A stretch of 64,000 nucleotides of DNA from Bacillota bacterium (lineage in GTDB: Bacteria > Bacillota > Clostridia > Lachnospirales > Lachnospiraceae). The notes under the pieces are model-generated. The model ran no database searches. It was not told the origin of the DNA and saw nothing but the letters and a program-made list of their open reading frames with translations. A program made the translations under genes and the position numbers. The stretch lies in the NCBI GenBank assembly GCA_023392535.1, contig JAEVYY010000004.1, positions 2,845 through 66,844 of the forward strand, in the 5' to 3' direction. How positions within the stretch are numbered: position 1 is the first letter of the stretch; the number at the start of each line of letters is the position of its first letter. This document shows, piece by piece, positions 39,232-47,282 of the stretch.

Positions 39232-39765
39232 ATGAAAAAAATATTAAAGATGCTGGAAATTCATGAATTTTCTATGGTATATCAGATTATGAGTGAGGCT
39301 TTTCCGATGGCAGAAATAAGAACCTATGAGAATGCTAAATCATTACTGAAGGATGATAGATACCAGATAGAGACCATACGTAACGCTGAAAATAGAATTT
39401 TTGGTTTTATTGCAGCATGGGATTTAGGGACTTTTATTTTTATAGAACATTTAGCCGTTTCAGAAAAAATAAGGGGTACCGGTTTCGGATCGAAAATGTT
39501 AAAAGAATATCTTGACCGATGTAAAAGACCTGTGATTATTGAAGTTGAGAGTACCAAAATGGAGGGGGCAAAGCGGCGAATAGATTTTTACAAGCGTATG
39601 GGATTTTCATTCAGTAACTTTGGATACACGCAGCCTGATTTGCAGAATACTTCTCAGAAAATAGATTTAAACATTATGAGTTATCCGAATCAGATTACAA
39701 AGAAAGAATTTTTAAGTTTTAAAAAATTGCTATTTAGGCAAGTATATCAAGCTGATGCAATGTGA
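39232..39765 (+). CDS. GNAT-family N-acetyltransferase
   Basis: Acyl-CoA binding motif region HLAVSEKIRGTGFGSKMLKEYL and YKRMGF. 177 aa. Confidence 0.7.
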   Translation: MKKILKMLEIHEFSMVYQIMSEAFPMAEIRTYENAKSLLKDDRYQIETIRNAENRIFGFIAAWDLGTFIFIEHLAVSEKIRGTGFGSKMLKEYLDRCKRPVIIEVESTKMEGAKRRIDFYKRMGFSFSNFGYTQPDLQNTSQKIDLNIMSYPNQITKKEFLSFKKLLFRQVYQADAM

Positions 39766-39797
39766 AGGAACACACATTGCATCAGCTCTTTTATTTT
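39751..39797 (+). terminator. strong rho-independent terminator overlapping the GNAT stop codon
   Basis: Perfect 14-bp stem gctgatgcaatgtg / cacattgcatcagc followed by TCTTTTATTTT. Confidence 0.8.
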
Positions 39798-39904
39798 ATA
39801 CGAGCGAGACCTGTAATATGCAATTTACAGATAGAACACAAGTTTCACCAAACAAAATACCACATCAAAAACAATAAAAAACAACAAAATAAAAGATAAT
39901 AATG

Positions 39905-39933
39905 TTGACTTGTGTGTAAGTAAGGAATATAAT
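39905..39933 (+). promoter_or_regulatory. candidate consensus sigma-70-type promoter (TTGACT-17-TATAAT) for the aldolase-to-pduT genes
   Basis: Near-perfect hexamers with 17-nt spacing, about 65 nt upstream of the aldolase ATG. A C/A-rich tract precedes it. Confidence 0.55.
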
Positions 39934-40000
39934 AAGTGAAGAAACAACAAAAAAACAAATATTTGTAATGGAAGAATAAAGGAGAAGGAGGAAATAGAAT

Positions 40001-40828
40001 ATGCAGAATGAATATGAAATTAAAAAACAGATTTGTGACATAGGGAAAAGAATCTATGACAGAAATATGGTAGCTGCTAATGATGGTAATATTTCTGTAA
40101 AGTTAAATAATAATGAATTTTTGTGTACTCCAACTGGTGTTTCAAAAGGATTTATGACACCAGATTATATCTGTAAGGTAGATGCGCAGGGAAATGTTAT
40201 TCAGTCCAACAAAGGATTCAGACCTTCCTCAGAAATTAAAATGCATATGAGAGTTTATGCAAAAAGGCCTGATGTTGGTTCTGTGGTGCATGCCCATCCA
40301 GTTTATGCAACAAGCTTTGCAATCGCAGGTATTCCTTTAACACAACCGATTATGCCCGAAGCAGTCATTGCATTGGGGTGTGTACCAATTGCAGAATACG
40401 GGACACCTTCTACCATGGAGATTCCAGATAATGTGGAAAAATATTTACCATATTATGATGCGGTATTATTGGAAAGTCATGGTGCGCTTACCTGGTCTAC
40501 AGATTTACTGGCAGCCTATTTAAAAATGGAATCTGTAGAATTTTATGCACAATTACTGTATCAATCGAGGATGCTTGGTGGACCAAAAGAATTTGATAAC
40601 AATACTGTTCAGAAATTATATGAAATCAGAAAAAAAATGGGATTACCAGGTAAACATCCAGCTGACCTTTGCCAGAATAAAAACGGTGTCAACTGCCATA
40701 ACTGTTCTGGTGACTGTATGTCAGCACCGAATGGCATGGGTGGTATATCTTCCACACCGGCAGAGCCGAGTCCGGAAGTGATTGCCGAAATTACAAGAAA
40801 AGTAATGGAACAATTGGGTAGAATGTGA
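40001..40828 (+). CDS. class II aldolase (L-fuculose-/L-rhamnulose-1-phosphate aldolase type) with a C-terminal extension of about 60 aa carrying a Cys4 motif and an encapsulation-peptide-like helix
   Basis: Zn-ligand His pattern (HAHP ... ESHG) of the FucA/AraD family. The extension is CQNKNGVNCHNCSGDC ... PEVIAEITRKVMEQLGRM. Confidence 0.8.
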   Translation: MQNEYEIKKQICDIGKRIYDRNMVAANDGNISVKLNNNEFLCTPTGVSKGFMTPDYICKVDAQGNVIQSNKGFRPSSEIKMHMRVYAKRPDVGSVVHAHPVYATSFAIAGIPLTQPIMPEAVIALGCVPIAEYGTPSTMEIPDNVEKYLPYYDAVLLESHGALTWSTDLLAAYLKMESVEFYAQLLYQSRMLGGPKEFDNNTVQKLYEIRKKMGLPGKHPADLCQNKNGVNCHNCSGDCMSAPNGMGGISSTPAEPSPEVIAEITRKVMEQLGRM

Positions 40829-40872
40829 GAAGAGATCCTAAGCAGCCCCAATACTAAAAAGGAGGTAATCTA

Positions 40873-42261
40873 GTGCCTGTTAGTGAGAGTATGGTACGGG
40901 AAGTAGTACAGAAAGTGCTGTTAAAAATGCAGAGGGCGGAACCTTCTACGGAACAACACGGTATATATACGGATATGAATGATGCTATCGATGCAGCAAA
41001 GAAAGCACAGCAGATTGTAAGTAATCTTACTATGGATCAAAGGGAAAAAATTATATCCAATATTCGTAGGAAAACACATGAAAATGCAGAAAACCTGGCA
41101 AGGATGGGCGTTGATGAAACGGGGATGGGAAATATCGGGCATAAAATTATAAAACATCATCTGGTGGCCGATAAAGTACCGGGAACAGAGGATATCAAAA
41201 CAGAGGCTTATTCAGGTGACAGGGGCCTGACATTGATTGAAATGGGGCCTTTTGGGGTAATAGGAGCCATTACACCATGCACCAATCCGAGTGAAACCGT
41301 GTTATGCAATGCGATCGGAATGATAGCTGCAGGAAATACAGTCGTATTTAATCCCCATCCTCAGGCAAAAAAAACATCTATATATGCGGTCAAACTGATA
41401 AATGAAGCTTCTCTTGAGGCAGGGGGGCCTGACAATGTTGCATGTACAGTAGAAAATCCAACATTGGAGACCAGCGGGATAATGATGCATCATAAAGATA
41501 TTCCAATAATTACGGCTACTGGTGGCCCGGGGGTTGTCACGGCCGTATTGTCATCAGGAAAACGTGGTATCGGAGCGGGGGCAGGCAATCCGCCCGTGCT
41601 TGTTGATGAAACAGCGGATTTGCAGAAAGCTGCAGCAGATATCGTAAATGGATGCACCTTTGATAATAATTTACCGTGTATTGCCGAAAAAGAAATTGTT
41701 GCAGTAGAGTATGTGGCAGATGAGCTCATGAATTATATGATTACAGAACAAGGGTGCTATCTGGCATCCAAAGCAGAGCAGGAGAAACTGATTGCAACAG
41801 TTATTACGCCTGAAGGACTTAATCGAAAATGTGTTGGACGCTCTGCAAAATCCCTGCTTCAGATGATAGGAGTCATGGTTCCTGATACGATTCGTTGTAT
41901 TGTGTTCGAGGGAAAAAAAGAGCATCCATTGATTAAAACGGAATTGATGATGCCGATTCTGGGTCTCGTAAGAGCAATAGATTTTGAGGATGCAGTATCA
42001 AAATGTGTTTGGTTGGAAGAGGGAAATCGCCATTCTGCACATATCCATTCAAAAAACGTGGACCATATCACCACCTATGCAAGGGCTATGGATACGGCAA
42101 TACTTGTAAAAAATGGTCCTTCCTATGCAGCGCTTGGATTCGGAGGCGAGGGTATCTGCACTTTTACAATTGCCAGCAGAACGGGAGAAGGATTGACAAG
42201 TGCTGCAACATTTACCAAAAAAAGACGTTGTGTGATGTCAGATAGTCTCTGTATCAGATGA
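40873..42261 (+). CDS. pduP: CoA-acylating aldehyde dehydrogenase (PduP/EutE-like) with an N-terminal encapsulation peptide
   Basis: ITPCTNPSET block and catalytic Cys context DNNLPCIAEKE. N-terminal amphipathic SESMVREVVQKVLLKMQ. GTG start after AGGAGGT. Confidence 0.8.
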   Translation: MPVSESMVREVVQKVLLKMQRAEPSTEQHGIYTDMNDAIDAAKKAQQIVSNLTMDQREKIISNIRRKTHENAENLARMGVDETGMGNIGHKIIKHHLVADKVPGTEDIKTEAYSGDRGLTLIEMGPFGVIGAITPCTNPSETVLCNAIGMIAAGNTVVFNPHPQAKKTSIYAVKLINEASLEAGGPDNVACTVENPTLETSGIMMHHKDIPIITATGGPGVVTAVLSSGKRGIGAGAGNPPVLVDETADLQKAAADIVNGCTFDNNLPCIAEKEIVAVEYVADELMNYMITEQGCYLASKAEQEKLIATVITPEGLNRKCVGRSAKSLLQMIGVMVPDTIRCIVFEGKKEHPLIKTELMMPILGLVRAIDFEDAVSKCVWLEEGNRHSAHIHSKNVDHITTYARAMDTAILVKNGPSYAALGFGGEGICTFTIASRTGEGLTSAATFTKKRRCVMSDSLCIR

Positions 42262-42324
42262 AAGCGTGAAAAGAATGTGAAAAGAAGCTTGAGATGTAAA
42301 AACAACGTAGAAATGAGGTATAAA

Positions 42325-43530
42325 ATGAATGAAACAAAGATAGAAGAAATTGTACGCCAAGTGCTTGTTCGTATGGAAAGCGATGGGAAGGAATCTGACG
42401 AAGATATAAAATGCAGTAAAGCTACTATTCCCATAACGGCCAGGGTAGCTATGCTTACTGCTTTGGAACATTATGAAATCAAGGAATTTCCGATACCGCC
42501 TATTGGTGATGGGGATATTTTAGTAAAAGTAGAGGGATGCGGTATTTGTGGTACAGATGCCCATGAATTTAAGCGAGATCCGTTCAATCTCATTCCAGTA
42601 GCGCTAGGTCATGAGGGAACAGGCGAAATCGTTGCAATGGGCAAACAGGTAAAGAAGGACAGTGCAGGGAAAGCTCTACATATTGGAGATAAAGTAGTTA
42701 CTTGTATGATTTTTAAAGATAATCCTGATATCACGATGTTCGATATGAATAAACAAAATATTGGTGGTGCTGATGTATATGGTTTATTACCAGATGATAA
42801 TGTGCATTTAAATGGTTGGTTCTCAGATTATATTTTTATAAGAGAAGGTTCTACCGTATTTAATGTCAGTGACCTTGATCTGGATTCCAGAATTTTAATT
42901 GAGCCATGTGCTGTTTTGGTGCATGCGGTAGAAAGAGCAAAGTCCACAGGGATTCTTCGCTTTAACTCAAGAGTAGTCGTACAGGGATGTGGACCAATTG
43001 GACTTATCTGCATAGCAGTGCTCAGAACCATGGGGATTGAGAACATCGTTGCAGTGGATGGAAATGTACATAGACTCGAGTTTGCAAAAGAAATGGGTGC
43101 AATGCAATCTGTTAATTTTCAAAATTATAAGGGAAATGAAGCTCTGAAAGAGGCAATCAATGATAAATTTGAAGGTCATCTTGCAGATTTTGCATTTCAG
43201 TGCACGGGGAACCCATCTGCCCATTCTAATATCTATAAATTTATCCGCAATGGTGGAGGTCTTTGTGAACTTGGTTTCTTTATCAATGGTGGTGATGCGA
43301 CTATTAATCCGCATTTTGATATCTGTGCTAAAGAAATTACGGTGGTAGGTTCCTGGGTCTATACATTAAGAGATTATGCGACGACCTTTGATTTTATAAA
43401 ACGCGCAAATGGAATTGGGATCCCTCTGTCTAAGCTGATCACCAATAAGTTTCCATTGGAGCAAATTAATGAAGGACACAAAGTAAATCTTGCAATGACG
43501 GGACTAAAAATTGCAATTGTGAACCAGTAA
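42325..43530 (+). CDS. zinc-dependent medium-chain alcohol dehydrogenase with an N-terminal encapsulation-peptide-like extension
   Basis: GCGICGTDAHE and GHEGTGE Zn motifs and a GCGPIGL Rossmann motif. N-terminal ETKIEEIVRQVLVRMES, then an acidic linker. ATG at 42325 is preferred over the ORF-track start at 42277. Confidence 0.75.
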   Translation: MNETKIEEIVRQVLVRMESDGKESDEDIKCSKATIPITARVAMLTALEHYEIKEFPIPPIGDGDILVKVEGCGICGTDAHEFKRDPFNLIPVALGHEGTGEIVAMGKQVKKDSAGKALHIGDKVVTCMIFKDNPDITMFDMNKQNIGGADVYGLLPDDNVHLNGWFSDYIFIREGSTVFNVSDLDLDSRILIEPCAVLVHAVERAKSTGILRFNSRVVVQGCGPIGLICIAVLRTMGIENIVAVDGNVHRLEFAKEMGAMQSVNFQNYKGNEALKEAINDKFEGHLADFAFQCTGNPSAHSNIYKFIRNGGGLCELGFFINGGDATINPHFDICAKEITVVGSWVYTLRDYATTFDFIKRANGIGIPLSKLITNKFPLEQINEGHKVNLAMTGLKIAIVNQ

Positions 43531-43558
43531 AAAATGAGGATCGGGAGGAATCATAAAA

Positions 43559-43873
43559 ATGGGAAATGCGGTAGGAATATTAGAAGTATTTGGCCTGACC
43601 TGCGCATTCCTGACAGCGGATGCAGGATGCAAAGCGGCAAATGTTACACTCGAAAATTTTGATAAGAATAAACCTGCAAATGCAGATTCCCTTCCTGTTC
43701 CGTTATTAGTGACGATAAAATTCAGAGGGAGTGTTACGGATGTGGAGGCTGCTATGGAGGCAGGTATTGCAACAGCAGAAGCATTTACAGGAGTAGTGCA
43801 GCATGATATTATTCCAAACCCAACAAAGGATGTAGAAAAAATGTTAAAACTGAATGCTTTTGATAAGAGTTAA
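43559..43873 (+). CDS. BMC-H shell protein (Pfam00936-type) with an atypical, enlarged pore-loop region
   Basis: AVGILEVFGL ... ADAGCKAANVTL ... RGSVTDVEAAMEAG matches the BMC-H fold. The usual K-I-G-S-G pore loop is replaced by ENFDKNKPANADSLPVPLL. Confidence 0.7.
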   Translation: MGNAVGILEVFGLTCAFLTADAGCKAANVTLENFDKNKPANADSLPVPLLVTIKFRGSVTDVEAAMEAGIATAEAFTGVVQHDIIPNPTKDVEKMLKLNAFDKS

Positions 43874-43912
43874 AAGCTTAAAAAAAAGAATCTATAATCA
43901 GGAGGTAGCAAT

Positions 43913-44197
43913 ATGGCACAGGAAGCATTGGGAATGATTGAAACAAGAGGACTCACCGCGGCAATTGAGGCGGCAGATGCAATGACAAAAGCAGCAGAAG
44001 TAACTTTAGTCGGAACGGAGAAGATTGGTTCAGGACTGGTAACGGTCATGGTACGTGGAGATGTTGGCGCGGTAAAGGCGGCGGTAGAAAGTGGAAACAC
44101 AGCGGCGAGCCGTTTGGGAGAATTGGTAGCATCGCATGTAATTCCAAGACCACATACGGATGTGGAGAAAATCCTTCCTTTGAACTTACAACCTTAA
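43913..44197 (+). CDS. canonical BMC-H shell protein (PduA/PduJ-like)
   Basis: [58 protein letters not shown]. Confidence 0.9.
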   Translation: MAQEALGMIETRGLTAAIEAADAMTKAAEVTLVGTEKIGSGLVTVMVRGDVGAVKAAVESGNTAASRLGELVASHVIPRPHTDVEKILPLNLQP

Positions 44198-44229
44198 GTT
44201 TGCAGGTTGTGGCAAGAATGGAGATTAAG

Positions 44230-44517
44230 ATGGAAGAATCCTACGGGTTTATAGAAATTACAGGTGTTACAGCGGCAATGGATGCTCTTGATCTTATGTG
44301 TAAAACAGCAGATGTTGAACTTATCACCTGGGAACGTAAACTGGGGGGACGATTGGTTACTTTGGTGATACAAGGTAGAGTTGCAGCTGTTACAGAAGCA
44401 GTAGAGATTGCAAATGTAAAAGCAATAAAAAAACCAGTTGCGAGTGCTGTGATCGCAAGACCCCATGAAGAAATCGTAAGACTAGTACAAAAAAGTGCTG
44501 GCAGATTAGTTCCGTAA
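44230..44517 (+). CDS. divergent BMC-H shell protein with a basic pore loop
   Basis: YGFIEITGVTAAMDALDLMCKTADVELITWERKLGGRLVTLVIQGRVAAV. The start is uncertain: TTG 44200 or ATG 44218 are possible, and ATG 44230 has GGAG 6 nt upstream. Confidence 0.7.
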   Translation: MEESYGFIEITGVTAAMDALDLMCKTADVELITWERKLGGRLVTLVIQGRVAAVTEAVEIANVKAIKKPVASAVIARPHEEIVRLVQKSAGRLVP

Positions 44518-44550
44518 TAAGCGGTTAATCGGAAATAAGGAGGTGGACAG

Positions 44551-44922
44551 ATGCAGGAAAAGAAAGCTTCACCTGAAAAGAAGGCAATCGTAAAGAAAAA
44601 TCTAGAAGTGTCTGAAATAACATCAAAAAAGGAGGAAAGAAGAATGTCACAGGAAGCATTAGGAATGGTAGAAACAAGGGGATTGGTAGCGTCTATTGAA
44701 GCAGCGGATGCAATGTGTAAAGCAGCAAATGTTGTCTTGGTAGGAACAGAGAAGATAGGTTCCGGACTAGTAACAGTAATGGTACGTGGAGATGTTGGTG
44801 CTGTAAAATCAGCGGTAGAAGCAGGGTCCAATGCAGCAGGGAGACTTGGAGAATTAATTGCGACGCATGTAATACCAAGACCGCATTCAGATGTAGAGCT
44901 AATTTTGCCAAAACTGAAATAA
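44551..44922 (+). CDS. BMC-H shell protein (PduA/PduJ-like), possibly with a 31-aa Lys-rich N-terminal extension
   Basis: Canonical core [58 protein letters not shown]. Two in-frame starts each have a strong RBS: 44551 after AAGGAGGTG and 44644 after AGGAGGA. Confidence 0.8.
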   Translation: MQEKKASPEKKAIVKKNLEVSEITSKKEERRMSQEALGMVETRGLVASIEAADAMCKAANVVLVGTEKIGSGLVTVMVRGDVGAVKSAVEAGSNAAGRLGELIATHVIPRPHSDVELILPKLK

Positions 44923-44939
44923 TCAAGTCAAAATCAGTT

Positions 44940-44969
44940 AACGGCTCCTTTCAGATGGAGCCGTTTTCT
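44940..44969 (+). terminator. intra-operon terminator-like hairpin after the shell-gene block
   Basis: 9-bp stem aacggctcc / ggagccgtt with an 8-nt loop, followed by TTCT. Confidence 0.45.
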
Positions 44970-44990
44970 AAAATGGACGGGAGAGTCAGA

Positions 44991-45641
44991 ATGGAAGCAG
45001 ATACAAAAAATAATGCATTAATCACAAAGATAGTGATGGAGATAGTAAGTCGAAAAGCGCCTTCTGAAAGAGAATATCAGATACCAATCGGGGTATCGGC
45101 CCGGCATGTGCATTTAACACAGGCACACGTTGAGGTGTTATTTGGAAAGAATTATCAATTGACCAAGAAAAAAGATCTTATGGGCGGTCAATTCGCATCT
45201 AATGAGCTTGTTACCATTGTCGGACTTAAGCTTAGAGCAATAGAAAATGTAAGAATTTTAGGGCCTGTGAGACAGACATCACAAGTAGAGATATCAGCCA
45301 CCGATGCTATTAAGTTAGGTATTACGGTACCAATAAGAGAATCGGGAGATGTGTTAGGTTCTGCTCCGATTACATTGGTCGGTCCTAAGGGAGCGTTATT
45401 TCTACAGGAAGGATGTATTGTGGCAATGCGTCATATCCATATGTCGCCGCAGGATGCCAATATGGCAGGCTTGCAAGATGGTGATATTGTATCGGTAAAA
45501 ACGGATAATGAAAGAGGGACGGTTCTGAATCAGGTAAAAATCCGGGTATCTGACAATTACACATTAGAAATGCATATCGATACAGATGAAGCGAATGCGT
45601 GTAAGATCTCCACAGGTGAGATGGTCACGATGATAAGATAA
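44991..45641 (+). CDS. pduL: phosphate propanoyltransferase PduL with an N-terminal encapsulation-peptide-like helix
   Basis: Duplicated PduL motifs GVSARHVHL and AMRHIHMS. N-terminal NNALITKIVMEIVSRK. ATG at 44991 follows GGGAGAG; the ORF-track start at 44955 lies inside the hairpin and is rejected. Confidence 0.85.
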   Translation: MEADTKNNALITKIVMEIVSRKAPSEREYQIPIGVSARHVHLTQAHVEVLFGKNYQLTKKKDLMGGQFASNELVTIVGLKLRAIENVRILGPVRQTSQVEISATDAIKLGITVPIRESGDVLGSAPITLVGPKGALFLQEGCIVAMRHIHMSPQDANMAGLQDGDIVSVKTDNERGTVLNQVKIRVSDNYTLEMHIDTDEANACKISTGEMVTMIR

Positions 45642-45660
45642 GAATTGGAAGGAGGCAGCC

Positions 45661-45927
45661 ATGATTATTGGAAAAGTGGTAGGCAGTATTGTTTCTACCA
45701 GAAAATGTGATAATTTAATAGGTAATAAATTTATGATTGTGGAACCAATCAGCCGAATGAATGGATCTCAGAACCAATTGGTAGCGACTGATAATATTGG
45801 GGCCGGTATTGGGGAAACTGTGCTGATCGCAATGGGGAGCGCAGCCAGAATAGGTTGCGGAATGGAAACAGCACCAATTGATGCAGCAATTGTTGGTATT
45901 GTTGATGAGGGATATGGATTGGAGTAG
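45661..45927 (+). CDS. BMC-P pentameric vertex protein (EutN/PduN/CcmL family)
   Basis: 88 aa. MIIGKVVGSIVSTRK ... LVATDNIGAGIGETVLI is typical of the EutN family. Confidence 0.85.
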   Translation: MIIGKVVGSIVSTRKCDNLIGNKFMIVEPISRMNGSQNQLVATDNIGAGIGETVLIAMGSAARIGCGMETAPIDAAIVGIVDEGYGLE

Positions 45928-45935
45928 ATGAATTC

Positions 45936-47264
45936 ATGGAAATAAAAGAGCTTAGCAGAATAATTAGAGACAATGGCGTAGTGGGGGCCGGCGGAGCTGG
46001 CTTCCCTACGTATATTAAAATCGATGAAAGAGCCAATACGATTATTATGAATTGCGCAGAATGCGAACCGCTTCTGAACTTGCACAGGCAACTATTACAA
46101 AGATATGCAAAAGAGATCTTAGAGACCTTTTCTTTGATAGCAGATACGGTTGGAGCGAAAGAGGCAATTATTGGCATTAAAGCAGAATATAAGCAGGCGA
46201 TAGAGGCCCTGCATGACTATATAGAATTATACCCAAATGTGAGTATACACTTACTAAAGAGTGTTTATCCGGCTGGGGATGAAGTGATACTCATCTATGA
46301 GACAACGGGAATCGTTATTCCCCCCGGGGAGATTCCCATAGAATCTGGTATAGCAGTATTTAATGTTGAGACAGTTTACAATATCTATAGAGGCTACCAA
46401 AATGGAGAACCTGTTGTGGATAAAGTAGTATCAATCGTGGGAGAGGTAGAGAATCCAATTACCGTAAGAGTGCCGCTTGGATGTTCGATAGAAGATGTGG
46501 TATCAACAGCAGGAAAGTTAACGACAGAGCATCCGATGTATATGATAGGCGGGCCTATGATGGGAAAAATAGGGAGCAGATATGATACCATAACAAAGAC
46601 AACGAACGCAATATTAGTGTTGCCGGAGAACCACTTTATCGTACAAAGAAAACGTGGTAAGGCATCCATCGAGTTGAAAAGAGCTGCATCTGCTTGTTGC
46701 CAATGTCAGATGTGTACGGATCTTTGTCCGAGACATGCGCTTGGCCACCCGATAGAACCGCATAAATTTATGAGAAGTGCGGCGAATAAAGATTTCCGGG
46801 ATACCAATGTATTTATTCACACACTGTTTTGCAGCTCTTGTGGATTGTGTGAAATGTATGCCTGTCCCCAGGGACTGTCTCCAAGGACCTTAATGGAGGC
46901 GTATAAGATAGGACTTCGTAAGGCTTTCGTTAAGGTACCAAAAGGTGTTAGAACAGCCACAATAAAAGAATCCAGGGAATATCGAAAAACACCCAAAGAT
47001 CGTCTGACTGCCAGACTGGGGTTATCCAAATATGAGAAACCGTCACCCTTTTATGATAACGTGGTAAGTGTTTCAATAGTAAAAGAGTTGTTATGCCAAC
47101 ACATCGGTACATCGGCAAGAGCCATTGTAAAAATTGGAGATATGGTATATAGAGGCCAGGTGATTGGAAGAGAAACAGAAGGACTTTGTGTTCCACTACA
47201 TGCATCTATCAGCGGACGGGTGACAGACGTGACAGAACGTTATATAATGATAAAAGCAGACTAA
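45936..47264 (+). CDS. PduS-like / RnfC-like flavin and Fe-S oxidoreductase
   Basis: GVVGAGGAGFPT nucleotide-binding block and two 4Fe-4S motifs (CCQCQMCTDLCP and CSSCGLCEMYACP). Confidence 0.8.
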   Translation: MEIKELSRIIRDNGVVGAGGAGFPTYIKIDERANTIIMNCAECEPLLNLHRQLLQRYAKEILETFSLIADTVGAKEAIIGIKAEYKQAIEALHDYIELYPNVSIHLLKSVYPAGDEVILIYETTGIVIPPGEIPIESGIAVFNVETVYNIYRGYQNGEPVVDKVVSIVGEVENPITVRVPLGCSIEDVVSTAGKLTTEHPMYMIGGPMMGKIGSRYDTITKTTNAILVLPENHFIVQRKRGKASIELKRAASACCQCQMCTDLCPRHALGHPIEPHKFMRSAANKDFRDTNVFIHTLFCSSCGLCEMYACPQGLSPRTLMEAYKIGLRKAFVKVPKGVRTATIKESREYRKTPKDRLTARLGLSKYEKPSPFYDNVVSVSIVKELLCQHIGTSARAIVKIGDMVYRGQVIGRETEGLCVPLHASISGRVTDVTERYIMIKAD

Positions 47265-47282
47265 AAGAGAGGACAGAGTGTA

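Noticed and set aside
44241-44831. 196-aa minus-strand ORF running antisense across three BMC-H genes
   Set aside because: It is the mirror-frame artefact of Ala/Val/Gly-rich shell genes. It is low-complexity (A/S/T/P-rich), has no RBS, and the plus-strand genes have unmistakable BMC-domain sequences.
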